Shown: in pieces, positions 23,951-38,103 of the stretch | How positions within the stretch are numbered: position 1 is the first letter of the stretch | Layout of the letters: each line of letters starts with the position of its first letter | The notes under the pieces: generated by a model | Database searches by the model: none | Seen by the model: the letters and a program-made list of their open reading frames with translations, nothing else | Told to the model about the DNA's origin: nothing | Source of the DNA: Podarcis gaigeae | Taxonomy: Eukaryota | NCBI GenBank assembly: GCA_964106915.2 | Contig: OZ066917.1 | Reading direction: 5' to 3' (one strand) | DNA: 54,519 bases | Translations under genes and position numbers: made by a program

Positions 23951-26157
23951 GATGCCTCAGGCTGCAGCAACTGAAATTCATCCATAGAATAACAGCAAGA
24001 TAGTGCCCATCTTTAACTTGCTCTCGGGTTGTCTTCTTGTTGTTTGTGATTTCTATTGTAATGGCCATTAAATCTGACTGACTGATAACACTCAGAATTC
24101 GTACTGTATGGACTCACTTTGCTCGGGGGTTTCCTTTGCAGCCCCCATGCTTGTCAGTGGAGCCCATATAAGAATGCCCGCCCCCATTCCACCCTGTTCT
24201 ACCCTTTTTAAAAAATGTTTTTGGTAACTTTCTGGTTCGACGCTCTGCATGCGTGCACAATCACGTGTCTTTCAGATGTGCATGAAACCATCACCGCCTG
24301 TATCTCAAGTGGTATCCAGTATGGAATCAATGGAAGTGATTTTATCCATAATGCTTTGTAGATGACACAGTGGCCGGCTAGTAGTTTCTTCTAATCACTT
24401 AGGAAGGGACTACTTGGAGCAGGATTTGTTCCACTCAGAATAGCTTCACAAATGCAGTAGCATAGGGGGACAACATATTCATTTGCCACCATTATTGCTA
24501 CAGAGAAGACTCTAAAATGTGTAATTTGTTTATACGCAGGGAAGGATGGGAATTTCATTTCATGTTTTTTGTGTTATTGGCTATTTTTTAAAAAAAACCC
24601 AATGAAACAATAAGTTACCAAATATATATGCAGTTTGAAGAGATCTCAAAAAGTCATCTAGTCAACACCCTTATTGATGCAGTAAACCTACTACTACAAT
24701 CACCTCTGATAAGTGGCTGTCCTGCCTCAGTTTGCAGAAGAGTCCACCACCTTCTGAAGCCTTCTGCTGGACAAATGGGGAGGAACCTAATTTAAATTAA
24801 TTAATGTTATGCCCAGTCATGTTTCTGAAAAATGAAGAGGCTCCGTAACTCTGTAATAAGATGGTGGGTTGGTCTGAATAACTTCTCAAGGACCTTCTCA
24901 ACCCACAACTTTGTGAGTCTGTAACTTGGCCAGATCTGTCCTAGGCATGAAATCAATCCTGTGCATATGCTGTACCCCTGGGCTTCTCACGCTCAGATCA
25001 TTGTGGCACATGTAATCACACTTTCTTCAGCAGCAGGCATAGTGGCAATGTATTCACCAGCCTCACCTTCTTCCCAACAGTTACATATATGGTGATGATA
25101 GATTCTCCAGCCCGGTCCAGCAGTAGTTAAAATGATGGTATCCTTGCTTCACTTTCTCTTTGAGTGATTCTCTCCTCTGAATCTTCACAAAAGTGCTTTC
25201 TTGGAATATCTCCAGCTAGCCCCATGAACTATTTTCTGAGCACTGTACATTGAAGTCAAACACTGCAGCATCATGCTGATCTTGGAAGACTATCACCTGT
25301 GCTTTCATATTATCCCATCCCCATCTGGAATAATAATCTGTATTATTACTTGTTATTGCTCAGGCCTTTCTCAATGCTTCCCAAGCAGAAAATATATAGC
25401 CCTCAAAAGCAGCCCACAGCCCATCAATCTGTCCTTATTTCCACACTATTACCAAGCCATGCAAAAAGTTTGCTCTGGCTCTATTTGACGGTCAGCCAGG
25501 AATCTCTCCCACACAAGATGCTTCTTTTCATTCCCCCCCCCTTCCCCATTGCCTAGTTTCCTCCCTTCCCATTGTGTCCTCTAACAGACGACACTGAACC
25601 ACAGCTCCGATTCAGGCCATAGCTACCACCAAATTATTTCTTGTCAGCACAAAAGCATATAAGTCCAATAAGCGACCCCAGTAATGGATCGCCTCAATAT
25701 CTAGTTACACAGTTTTCCTCACAAAACCTAAATGTTTTATGAGCCAAACAGGAAAAAAACATTCAAAAATATGTGTGTGTGTGTGTGTGTATACACACAC
25801 ATACACACTTTCGATTGCTGGCTTTTTTCTCAGTAAACAGTCTTGACACATCAAAATAATTCATGTTAAACATCAGGATAATATTAAGTTTCTGTATATT
25901 CTTTGCTTTTCACTGTTCCCTTTGCTTGTACAATAGTTGTTTTCAGTCGCTCTGTGACCCTAGGGTGCTTCCAGACAGGTGTTTATTAGGGAATTGTTGC
26001 TGCTCCCAAATTTTGTGTGGTGTCCATGCGACATCATCATAATATGTCAGCCCATGCTTCTGTTTTTACATTTAATCTGGTTTTTAACTTTTCTGTTAAA
26101 ATCCAATAGAAATTTACAGGTGATAATGCTGTGAAAAGCTTCATTTGCAAGCGCTCG

Positions 26158-26160
<3 letters not shown>

Positions 26161-26190
<30 letters not shown>
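26161..26190 (+). repeat. (CT)n microsatellite
   Basis: Tandem CT run. Confidence 0.95.
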
Positions 26191-26192
<2 letters not shown>

Positions 26193-26309
26193 TTTTCTAT
26201 TTCTTTTTGAGGAGTTAAGAACTTTAGAAAATAAGCCAACAGGGTGGCTGCTCTTAGAAACCCACTCCTATAATGAATTCAGGTTGTGGGCAGCTTCTCA
26301 CAGACATGG

Positions 26310-26730
26310 TTGTGGGAGAATTCAGTTCACATTTAAAGGGGAAGCTGCGTAACTCACATTATCCAAAACAGTACGCAAACTGAAACGGAGCTACCATTCA
26401 AAATGTGCTCTTCTCTGCATTGCAATGCACTTCAAGTCAAACAATGTCTACAAAAATGCTAAGTGTGCCTAAAGATGCACATATCAGTGAAAACAACATA
26501 CAAAAAGGCATCACATTAAGGGAAAATTGCTTTGCGGAAAATGTGTATATTAGGCCAAAAATGTGTAGAATACTATGTAAACAAGGAGAAGTCCTCACTA
26601 AAATGCTCATGAATTTTCATGAGGACTTTTAAAAAAAAACAAATTGCAAACTGATGTGAAAATATGAAGCAGTGAACTTAAGACTGGGAAATTGAGAAAC
26701 TGAAATGGACAGATATGCCCTTTTGTACTT
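26310..26730 (+). mobile_element. Old non-autonomous DNA transposon
   Basis: Colinear with the reverse complement of 37350-37778 (cttaagactggg vs ccagtcttaa; catgaggactttt vs aaaatcctcacg). Confidence 0.6.
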
Positions 26731-26808
26731 GCAGAATTTTAGTAGTACTCGGGGTTGCAAAATAAACAGGGGCATGCCAGCTAAACAAAGACTGTCTGTT
26801 TGTCCATA

Positions 26809-27034
26809 CAGTGGTACCTCAGGTTAAGTACTTAATTCGTTCCGGAGGTCCGTTCTTAACCTGAAACTGTTCTTAACCTGAAGCACCACTTTAGCTAATG
26901 GGACCTCCTGCTGCTGCCATGCCACCAGAGCATGACTTCTGTTCTCACCCTGAAGCAAAGTTCTTAACCTGAAGCACTATTTCTGGGTTAGCGGAGTCTG
27001 TAACCTGAAGCGTATGTAACCCGAGGTACCACTG
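26809..27034. mobile_element. Tc1/mariner-superfamily MITE, copy 2
   Basis: Same TIRs and TA TSD as 17600-17873, opposite orientation, one 16-bp unit. Confidence 0.92.
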
Positions 27035-28689
27035 TACTTTTTTCCAGAAAATGCCCCTGGGTAAAGATGGTGCTTTCAGCATTCAGGAGAGGCCTAAAGC
27101 ATGTACCTGGCATACAGAAATTCCCAAGTTCAGGAAAGGTCTGTGAAGGACAGACTGGATACAAATATAACTGACAGTTAGTGATTGGTGGCTAGTCATC
27201 ACCTGCAGCCTCTAGGTGGGGATAGCAAGGAGCAGTTCTTCCCCCACCCTCTGCAGAGCAAAAAACAGTTTTTGTTTGATCTCTGACAGGGTGGTGGTGA
27301 AGGGGAGATACTCCTCCTCGCATTGATAACTCCTGTTTTCAGACCTGAAGTTACAAAATCCAAGACATAACTCAGTTATCCCCTTTCATCATTCCCATTT
27401 TGCATAAGCAATATGGGTGGTGTCCATTCATTTTTACATATGAAGTGTTTTTCTTACATATGAGCTCTCCTTAGCATCTGTCTAAAGTTCTACAGCCCGG
27501 GCAATTGTGAATTGGTGTGTTTATTTTACTAGCAGAATACACCTGCAACCTAAATATTGTATGATAAGCAGATGTTCGCATCTATAAATTGCACCAAGCA
27601 CCATGATTTATGGGCCCATGAGCATCAGAGTTAGCAAGTGAGAGCCAAGGTCACTGTTGGACTTTTCACAGGGAATAAATCTTGACATTGTTTGGGAGAT
27701 GGGTGGGGAGAAACCAAATAATTATAACATATAACAATCTGAGAGGTATGCCACTGATGATCTGTGAAGCAGATGTAAGACAGGTTGATTTTGATACATG
27801 ACACTAACCTTGAAGAGCAGATTAAACTAATGAAATTTAGGATTTAGAGTAAACCATGAGTGAGAATGGTAATAAGCCACTGTGTGTCTAGGGCTTCCCT
27901 TCTGTTCTGGGAGTAAGCCCCACTAAAATTAATGGGGCCTACGTCTGGGTAAAAACATGCCCAGGAGTGGGTTGCACAGCTGGAAAATAAATTGTGGTTT
28001 TTAAGTGGCATGGGTTTTTATAACACTTCAGCCTTTGTATGGCTTGATCCTGTGTGTCCCATTTTGTTGTACATTGGATTGTAACAATAAAAATGCCCCA
28101 GTATTTCCATTTGCCCTCGCCTACACACCACAGAAAAAATATATCTCATTTTAGAAGAATGGTGATTCTGTTGATCCACAGTCTCAGTACTGTATCTTTC
28201 TCTGCATGATCTTTGCCACCTCATCATCCATTCAGACCACAAATGATTTAAGCCAGTATACCTATAATTCAGCCACTAGATTTTGTACACACTTCATCAA
28301 ATAGAATTGATCCACAGCAATGGAACCACAGCAATGGAACTTTGTATTTTAGACCAGGCTCTTGTTCCCATTGCCTTCATTGGAGCTTAGGATATGTCCA
28401 GATAGCCTGCTTATTGAGTATTCACTCTGATTTTTTCCCCAGGAAGGCCACACAACCTTGCATCACAGCAAGTGTCACCCCACACTTTCCTAAGCATTTC
28501 CCACTCACTTTACTTACCACAAGAAAAATCTAATCTTTTGTGGAAATGGGTTTGTTGTTCATGAACTCTAAATCAGCTTTCATTGCAGAACCTGAATCTG
28601 CTGGTATGTTATTGAATCACACCCAAACATAGGGACAGTCTGGAAGCTCCACTAGGCTTTGCCTAAACCAGCTTTTCCCCATGCATTAG

Positions 28690-28825
28690 TACAAGGCTAG
28701 CCAATGTGGTGCCCTCTGGAAATTGTTGGCCTACAGCTCCCATCATCCCTGACCTTTGACCACATTGGCTACGGTTGATGAGAGCTGGAGTCCACAAACA
28801 TCTTGAGGGCTCCGCATTGGCATTC
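28690..28825. mobile_element. Older hAT-type MITE related to 10119-10254
   Basis: Shared core ctacagctcccatcatccctgac and imperfect palindromy. Confidence 0.65.
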
Positions 28826-30069
28826 ATACCTATTTGAGTTGGGTTTCCAGCTGTCACCACAGAGATTATGCCTGTCTCTTCAAAAACTCTGAGGCAGTGG
28901 AGGATACAGTCCTTATTGCTTCCTCCAAGCGCCCTTCAGAGCTCCTACTGGCCCTCCTACTGACCCATCACCTGCCTCAGGAAAAATCTAGAGAATGGAC
29001 TTTTAGGACTGTGATGCCTCTCAAGGAAGAACAACTGCTGAGTCAATGTTTTCTAAGGAGAGGCAGTTTCCCTTTCTGTTATTACTCTAGCCAAAGGGAT
29101 ATATTTGCTGTTTAGAATTCAGCTAGAGCCCTTGGTGCCTAGCAACACTTATCAAAATGATGTATTGCAGAAGCGCTGGTGGTTAAGAGCATTAGGTGAG
29201 TGCAAAAGTCAACACTGTATTACCCTTTATTGTCTGTCTTTATACTATGATCCATCTAACCTGGATAATAGAGTCTGTGGGAAGGGACATTTGTCTTTCC
29301 TGAACTTCTTTGGAGGTTTATCAAAATCAAACAGCAATATATTTGGTTCCTGGAAAGGAGGCAGCCTTCGCACCTGTTCTAGTGAGATCACAAACATTGT
29401 TGGGAAGGAGAATCAGGATGAGTCATGTCATCCTGCATCCTGCTTGTAAAGAGCAGTTAGGAAAACATGCCTTGCCTTGTAGATTGTGCTACCTGTGTAA
29501 ATGCTGCCTTCTAAATAGACGTATTTGACTTTTAGCCATTTGGCAGCTTCTGAAAACCTACTGTGCTTTGATCAAAAAGCATCCTCAGCTCTACAGTTTA
29601 GCATGCAGAAACTTTGCTCCATGCTAGCAGTGAGATCCCTCTTGCTAGATCTTTCCATGTCAGGCAGCCATTGTAAGTGGTTCTGAAGAAGAAGAAAACA
29701 ATTTGCGAGTGAAACTTCTCCTGTAATGGAGATTGAGAAATGAGGAAAGCTTCCTCTGCTTATTTTTGTATATCAGGTTGCTAATAAAAGCACAAGGGGA
29801 GGGCAATAAAAAAGATGGCATCCTTAACTTAGGCAAATGGGTCACAGTTGGAAGACCACTCCTTGATTCTTTTATTTACTAGGTGACCTTAAAGGTCATT
29901 CCAAAACTGTTTTCCTGCCATCACCACACTTGGTATCTCAATAGCAGAAGTAACAGTTCCACAGATTCAGAACTACCCCTGTGAGTGATTGGTAGCCAAG
30001 GTAAGACTGATAATGTCTTCACCTGCCACTAAAGCTTTCCAATGATCTTGAAGCCATCCTTGGATAGAA

Positions 30070-30212
30070 ACACCTAACAACCCTGTGGTGTAGGTTAAGC
30101 TGAGAGTAGATGACGTGCTCAAGGTCACCCTGTCTGCTTCATGGCTGAGGAGATTTGAACCCTAGTCTTCCAGGTCTTTGTCTGGCACTCTAACCGCTAC
30201 ATCACCCCAGAG
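30070..30212 (-). mobile_element. Old tRNA-derived SINE (Squam3/MIR-like)
   Basis: Minus-strand ggtgatgtagcggttagagtg...gggttcaaatc head and core. Confidence 0.65.
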
Positions 30213-30679
30213 TAGCAATGCAGCAGACTATTGCACTGTAATTCTACCTATGAACATATGAAATGTGAGAGAGACTACACTTGGAAGACTTAGAAGTCAC
30301 CAGTATTTATAAAGAAAAAAAATCAATTTGGCTAAATCATTCCGCCTGCCCCCTCCACTGCCTTTTCCTACTTGCCACCCCACATGAATATGTAGATTAA
30401 GTTGGTTCATTTTTAGTGCTTCCTATTCATCACAAGCTGATTGCTCCTCCATTCCTCATTACTGTAATAAGGCTCTAAAAATCAAAGTCATCTCTCACTC
30501 CATGGAAGATAGTCCAGACCAGACAGCTGCTTCCTTCAAAGACTTTCTCTCTTCTTTCTCGCTTCAGCCTCCTCAGGGAGTTGAAGGGGATGCAGGGCTG
30601 TGTGGGGTACCAACTGTGAACTATTCATCATGGATCTTCTCTCTAAGGAGCCATCTACCTTGAACCATTTATTAACAGG

Positions 30680-30682
<3 letters not shown>

Positions 30683-30717
<35 letters not shown>
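30683..30717 (+). repeat. (TG)n microsatellite
   Basis: Tandem TG run. Confidence 0.95.
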
Positions 30718-30719
<2 letters not shown>

Positions 30720-30959
30720 GCTGTAGAAATAAATCTGCATGGGGGACACCAGATGCATCACATAGTTTGTGTTAATTTATTAAAGTGTGTTGGGAATTTG
30801 GGGGAGGGGGTTCAGCACAAATGAAGCTGTGAGAATGAAATTTCATAAATAAACATTAGAATAAGTGGCTAAGGGGCAAAGTAAAAGCAGACATGCCTAG
30901 GAAATCCAAAGCAATGGGGGATACAGTGTTTGCCTCTTACATTGCTATCCCATGCATCC

Positions 30960-31790
30960 TGACAATACGGAATTGTTAAAACAAAAAGGGATAGCGAAGA
31001 GCTCCGAAAGGACCTCTCCTGAGAGAGTGAATGGGCAGTAAAATGGCAAATGCAATTATTGTAAGCAAGTGTAAAGTCAGGGCAGAAAAATCGTAATTTC
31101 ACATGTACTTTCATGGGGTCTGTACTGGCATTGACTGGCCAGCAACAAGACTTTGGGGTCACAGTGGATAGCTCAAGGAAGATGTCAATGCAGTGTGAAG
31201 CAGCTGTGGAAAAGGCAAATTCCATGCTGGGGATCGTAAGGAAAACGATTGAAAATAAAACGGCTGATGTCATAATGCCATTATACAAATCTATGGTGAG
31301 ACCACACTTACTGTTTACTCACCTTTAAAAGGATATTCTAGACAAGAGTTCAGAAAGGGACCACCAGGGTGATCAAGGGGTTGAAGCGACTCTCCTATGA
31401 GGGAAGGCTACAACATTTGGGACTTCCTAGTTAACAGAAAATGTGAGTAAGAGGCAATGTTGTGTACTGTACGGAAAAAGTAGATAGAGAAAATATTTCC
31501 TTCCTCTTTCATAACACTAGAACTTGGGAACATTGAATGAATCTAAATCTTGGAAGATTCAAGACAGATAAAAGGAAGTACTTCTTCACAAAGCAGATAA
31601 TTACATTTCCACAGTGATGGCTATGTTCTACTTTCAGGGCTGGAGGCAGTACCCTTCTGAAAACCAGTTGCTGGAAACTGCAGCAGGCTTCTCATAGGCA
31701 TCTGGTGGCCACTGTGAAAACAGGATGCTGGACTAGATGGGAACATTGGCCTGGTGCAGAACGTTTTTTCTGAAGTTCTGTTGCTTACTC
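30960..31790 (+). mobile_element. CR1 LINE 3' fragment (decayed ORF2 C-terminus and 3' UTR)
   Basis: DFGVTVDSSRKMSMQCEAAVEKANSMLGIVRKTIENKTADVIMPLYKSMVRPHL is a typical CR1 ORF2 segment. Frameshifts follow, then a CR1 terminus. Confidence 0.9.
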
Positions 31791-32747
31791 AGACATAAGT
31801 CACACTGCATTCCATGGTGCTTACTCCAAGGGAAGTGTGTGTACAGTTGCAGCCACAATTAAAATGAGAAGCAAGATTTCCAGGGGAAAAATAGCAGGTA
31901 TATAGGTTGGTGGTTTTAGGGGCTTGGATGATAGCTTGAAAACAAAACAAAACACTTGAGTTGTGATGCCACAGGACCCAGAAACCCAAGTTTTCCTTTC
32001 ATATTAAGCTAAAGTTACACACTGTATGATTTTGAAAGTCTAACAAATGAAAAGCAGCTAGCCTGCCAACATAGAGAACTCATTTGCACAACTGCTTTGT
32101 CCAGCTGAAATTTGCCCAGTTTTGGTTCACAGAACCTGTGCTGACTTAGTATTTGGTTGTTTGCTCTTAAAGAGGCTGCCAAGTCCTGTGTTTACGCAGC
32201 AGTGGGCATTCCTGTGCCAAAAAAATAAAAATACAAAATCCCATCTCTGTCCCTGGATTGTGGTGTTTCCTGCCCAGTAGTTTTGGTTCAGACAAAATGC
32301 CTATCATGTGATCATTGGTCCAAGTGGGCCCACAAGTGAGCTGGCAAGAGCCCCCATCAAAGGAAGTGGAAAATGGCAGCAGCACATATCTGGACTGATC
32401 CTTGTAGGGGCCAGAGGTAACAGTGCTCCTGAAATATGATCACGAGTGGTCTGAAAGATGGCAGTCCAGCCACCCTTTTGGAGGTGTCAATGCTGTGAAC
32501 CCATTTATCATGGGCTCAGGTTGTATATACGTGTAAATAAACCAAATGTCATAATGACACCACAGACTCCGCTGTGCCTCATTTCCACAGACCCCAAGTA
32601 AACGCCTGGAACCCCAGGAATCTCGCACCGCTCAGAGATTGGGGTGGCATGCAACACTCCATAATGAAAAGTGTAAGTTACTTCAGCCATACCTGCTGTT
32701 CTCGGTTTTCCTTGTTGAATTTCACTCTCATTCCTGACTCTGAAGTT

Positions 32748-33161
32748 TAAGGTGGCTAGGTGCAAAAGAGGACAGGGCTCCTGAACTTTTAATAGCTATG
32801 TAGTACAGTGGTACCTCGGGTTAAGTACTTAATTCATTCCGGAGGTCCATTCTTAACCTGAAACTGTTCTTAACCTGAAGCACCACTTTAGCTAATGGGG
32901 CCTCCTGCTACAGCCATGCCGCCGGAGCACGATTTCTGTTCTCATCCTGAAGCAAAATTCTTAACCTGAAACATTATTTCTGGGTTAGCGGAGTTTGTAA
33001 CCTGAAGCATATGTAACCTGAAGCGTATGTAACCTGAGGTACCACTGTAGAGGGAATTGCTGCAAGTGTAACCTATCCTGTAAGATTCACCTGCTGAAAT
33101 TCTCTCTTCTGTGGCCTATTAAATGTGAGGAGCCCTGCCCTCTTTGCATCTGGCCACCCTC
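32748..33161. mobile_element. Old palindromic MITE interrupted by a mariner-type MITE
   Basis: Arms ggtggctaggtgcaaaagaggacagggctcct / aggagccctgccctctttgcatctggccacc. Confidence 0.7.
32806..33047. mobile_element. Tc1/mariner-superfamily MITE, copy 3 (nested)
   Basis: Same TIRs and TA TSD as the other two copies, two 16-bp units. Confidence 0.92.
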
Positions 33162-36100
33162 CTGGGTAGCCTTGTAATGTACATATGCCACAAGGAATGG
33201 GGAGCTTTCTGCAAGGTGCACAGTGCCGTAAAACCCCACTTGCACAAGCAACCCTACAAAGAGCTCAGCATTCTCTCACAGTTGAGGCTGTTGAAGGGGG
33301 TTTTTTATGAGGTGTTGGCTGCAGTTTGATGCACACTTCCCTAAGAGTAAGTCTCACTGACATCCGTGGGACTTACCTCTGAGTAAACATGCTTAGACAG
33401 GGGCTGCATGGATATTAGGCAATCCCTCTTGGCCATTGAGGAGGTTTGTTTGTTCTTCTAATAGAACCCAGATTCCAGCAGAGCAAGACCATTCTCTCCT
33501 GAAAGGCAAGCAAATAGCTGAGAAATGCCATAAATTGCAAGAATTCAACTTAAGGGCGCAAGAAAACATGATCTGCATTATAACTACCTTTCTGTCATGC
33601 ACTACTTTCTTTGAGGAAAGTTCTCAGTGGGAGCTCAATCTTTTATCTCTGACTAAAGAAAAACGTATTTGGTGTGGGGGGGAGGTTTGAATAAAGCAAT
33701 TTCAGCTGGTTTTAATTTGCCCAGAAGGGAAAAGTGCATATTTCCCAATATAAACATGATTTTTTTAAAAAACAAAAAACTTGAGAAAGTACATGCTATG
33801 GAGAGTTTTATTTAGAATTATGTTTTACACACTGGTACTGTGAGGTTTCTCCCACCACGTCCCCCTGAAATATTTCCCCTCCAGGCTGTGAAGGAAGTTT
33901 GGCTCCAGTGGAAACTTTGTAAACCTGAAAAGAACGGCTCAGAACGAGCTGCTTCGATGCCAGCCCCCAAAAGACTTTGCCAACACAAACCCCTTTCCGT
34001 TTACTAGGACTTCCCTGAGTGCAGCATTTTAACAATCAAGCTGATCCTTAGGAAAATCAAAATCATTATCAAACATTCTTTGTAAACAGTTTAAGGTTCA
34101 GCATGAGAGAAATTAGGCTGTCAGTTAACCAGCTCTGTGGGACCTATATATTGTGCGATACTCATAGGGTTGCCAGCTGGCCAGAAAAAATAGCAACCCC
34201 TCCGGTGCCTCCTCTGGTGCCTTTAAGGGTTGCCTGCACTCAAACATCAGCCAGGGTAAAACTTTTCACAGAATGGAGTTGCCTGCTAATTATCAGCAGA
34301 TTAAATTGTTTCTAAAGGTATTTGCGGGAAAAGGGGGCTAAAAAGTTGACAACTCTGTCCAGTTGCAAGTTCTTCCACAACTTCCATGTCCTCCCCAGTA
34401 GACCTGGTTGCCCACACTTCAGTTGGCACAAAGGTGGTCGCTTGCACATTGTCCCCAAAAAGTTCATCCATTACTTAGGGGGCAGGACACAGGAAAAAGA
34501 CACAAACTGTGTTCCATGTTGAAGGAAGGGTAGGGTGGGAAAGTGATTTAAGAAACAATGAAGCAAGGAAAGCATTTTAAATTGCTGTTGAAACTTATGC
34601 TTTTAAAATTGGCTGAATTGAGTCTACTGTGAGGAAGAAATAAAAACGCTAAAGTGGTTTAAATGCTACAAAAAGGATTAAAAATTTGGGCTGTAAGAAA
34701 GGGAGGTTTCCTTCTTTCATGGGAGAGACGATTACACTTCTTGGGTAATTGGGGGAGGGGATCATGCAAAAAAAAAAAGCAACTTCAGCCTGCAGCCAAC
34801 TCAGATTGACTGTCATCCCATTTACTACACGATCCCTAATTATCTGGGTATGCCTATGTCACTCGCTACAAAATGGTGGCACAAGCAGCACAGCAAGTTG
34901 GGGAAACTGTGGCAAACCATCATTGAACAAGGTAACGTCATATAATTTGATAGGTTTTTTTTATAAGTGTTTCAGCTCTTTTGAAACCACTACCTTTGCC
35001 TTTAAAAAAGAGAGGAGCAACCTTATTAATGGTGGTGAAGGTGACAGTGATGGATTAGTATAACTTAAGACCAATCCCTCCCTGGCCATTAAATTCACAT
35101 AATGGCCTTGGAAAATCACTATATCTTCAGAAGTATTTTCCAGACCCTGGAAGCCATGAGGACTGACATCCAAACATGCCAAACAGCCAGTGGCAAAGCT
35201 AGTTTGCTACCTTTGCAGGGCACTGCACACATCTTTAATTCCAGCATTGTGCCCAACGTTTAATTTGCAGTAAATTCTACACATGCTGCTAGGTTCTCAT
35301 TGCCACCTAAAGGGCTGCTTGGGCTAGAAATCAGCCAGATTGCCTTATTTCCCCCACTCTAGCCAGCAGCTACCAGATGAATGACTGTGAGAATATGACC
35401 CTTGTGGTTAAAGAAAAAGAGAGCCATAAAGTGTTTTGTACACCAAAGCTTAAATAGAAATTTCGCAGATAAAAGATGCCTGCCCTCAGGTGTGTTTACA
35501 TAACAGACTCTGACTGGGTGCTGTTCTACAAGGATAAGAAGAGAATAGGGTATGTGGAAATAAGGCAAAGGAGGGGGTCCTTAAAGAAATCCACATATGT
35601 CCCATCCCATCACCTCCCATTTTCAGCCAAATCATGGTCATGCACTCCTAATATCCCTCAAAATACAGTTGTTATGGGAGCAATCACAAAAAGTAAAGGG
35701 TTGCTTCCCCTCTGGTAAGCCAAATACTAGAAAGCAGTATAGGGAATTATGGATTTCGGAGAACAGTTCAGTGTGGGTTTCCAATACCTTTGAAATGAGC
35801 AGTGAATCTTATTGGCTTCTAGGGGCTTTTCAAAAGCCATGTGTCAGCCAAGCAATTATTCACAAATTCTGTTGCCATTCCCAAGTTTTTGTGGAGTTGT
35901 GGAGAAAGTATGTGCATATTTATCTGAATTTTGTTTCCCTCGTCCCCCACCAGTTTTGAGTGTGTAGCTCAGTCATTAATTCTGGTAAAGAAAAGGATGA
36001 ATGAGATGCCCTGTTCAAGGTCAGTAGTAAAAGGCTAGGCAGCCATAGCGCTCTTTTCAGGAACATTTTCTTTGGGGTTGAGGATGAACAATGTGTTAAT

Positions 36101-37349
36101 GTCTCCAGCCCCACCCCCCAACCCAAACTTGTTAGCAAAACAGCAAACTGCTCAGCTGTAAAGGTCACCAGAATATTAATTCATTGGGCTGCCGACCCTT
36201 CTGATGCAGGGAAGGCGCTGTGTGAAGCAGAGCTAGCCGTTTGCACTGCTGGGAAGATAAACTGAAATATGGGCTATATATTCCTCTTGTTTTCATTGGA
36301 ATTCTCTTCAAGCTCCTCCTCTATCACCTGGAGAAACATCTTCCAGTGCCCAATGAATTCACTGGAGGAAGTTTCAGCCAATGCCAACATTTTCTCAAGC
36401 AGCAAAGATTCTGTTTGCATGAGGCAAACTCCCACACCAACCTCCTTCCGAGCATGGCCATACCAACACTATTTTTTTTAATAAGGCAGTGCCAATGTGT
36501 TCAGCTTCAAAACGAAGTTTGCAAAAAGGTAAGAGCACTCTATCCCACTTTTCCCTGATGTTGATGTTGACAAGTTCTGGGCAGCCAGATAAAAGGCTGT
36601 CTTTATACTAATATACTATTCAGATCAACATTACATCATCACCATCCACATGTAATAAAATCTAATTTGGAGTTTACCGGCAGAGTCCAGCTCTCCCACT
36701 GTGATTCTAGACTTATGTTTGGTCTCTAACCCTCCGGAGACACTAACTATATTTTGACCTGTTTGCCGGATGGTACAGACCACGGTGTTGATGCATAACA
36801 GGAACACGCCTGCTGCTGCCACTGTTCTGTGTCATGGACGTTGAGGTAAGTTGGCATGCATAAAGTCAGATCCTGCTGCTTATCTGTTTTCAGGTCATAA
36901 ATATTGTGGTGCTGATTCTAGCTATATTAATTTGCTTTGGACTTGCTGCAAGTGTTTCCTTCCTCGTGTTCTTCTAGCACTCTTAGACAATTTGTCATAG
37001 CTCAGGATTTCTGTTATAACTCCACAGCCCTTCCAAAATAATGTACATCCTTTGGCAGGTGTAGGATTGGAGATACGTCTGCCCTTCATAAAATGGGAAC
37101 ATTGCACGCGACCCTTGCTGAGGCCTGCCAAGCTGTTGAGAACCTATTAGCAGTATCCAAATATTAACTCACAGTTTTACAAAGCACCCCTGAGTCTTGT
37201 CCTGAAATTTTCAGAGGAATCAAAAGTCATGGGCAATACCTGCAGAAGGGCTCCTCCTGAGAGCAGTAGGGTTGGTGTGTTAATGGATGTGTCCACACTA
37301 CAGTTTAGAGTGGATTTAATGCATTCCATGTATGCATGTTTTTCTCATT

Positions 37350-37778
37350 GTCCAGGATGTCCATTTTGGGTCTATCCATTTCTCTTTTTTTCCAGTCTTA
37401 AATTCTGTTCTCCACATTTCTGCCTCAATTTGAGAATTTTGTTTTCAAAAATCCTCACGAAATTTATTCTAATGAAATATCTCCTAATAAACATGTTTGT
37501 TTGTAGTTTTGATTAATGGACACACTTTTGCAATTTCTCCAAATGTAAAGCATTATCATATGTTATTTTCACTAATATATTCATGCTGTGTACACTTTCC
37601 CCGAATCTGTGCATCTTTGAAAACATCATTTGGTTGGCAAACTGCATTGCAAAATTCAGAGAGGTGAGAATTCTGAAGGCCAGCTGTGCTTCTGGTCTCA
37701 CACTGTTTCGAAAAGTGCAAGTATGATGGAGCCAGATTTACACGTGAAATAAATTGTATTTCTCCGCCATCCCTAGCC
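37350..37778 (-). mobile_element. Old non-autonomous DNA transposon
   Basis: Reverse-complement relative of 26310-26730; ends catccctag. Confidence 0.6.
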
Positions 37779-37850
37779 TGTACTTTTCTCCCATTATTCT
37801 GCAGTTAGTTAGATTAGGAAAAATAAGCCATTCCTCATCCACACACCACA

Positions 37851-38103
37851 AGGAAGCCAGTGTGGTGTAGTGGTTAAGAGCGGTGGACTCGTAATCTGGT
37901 GAACCGGGTTCGCTTCCCCGCTCCTCCACATGCAGCTGCTGGGTGACCTTGGGCTAGTCACACTTCTCTGAAGTCTCTCAGCCCCACTCACCTCGCAGAG
38001 TGTTTGTTGTGGGGAAGGAATGGAAAGGCGATTGTTAGTCACTTTGAGACTCCTTAGGGTAGTGATAAAGTGGGATATCAAATCCAAACTCTTCTTCTTC
38101 TTC
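37851..38103 (+). mobile_element. Young tRNA-derived SINE (Squam3-type) with (CTT)n tail
   Basis: A box tggtgtagtgg, B box-like ggttcgcttcc, retained CpGs and a cttcttcttc tail. Confidence 0.85.

Noticed and set aside
36274-36420. Minus-strand 48-aa acidic ORF (MQTESLLLEKMLALAE...EEELEENSNENKRNI)
   Set aside because: Protein-like composition, but no recognisable homology, no good acceptor or promoter, and a length expected by chance.
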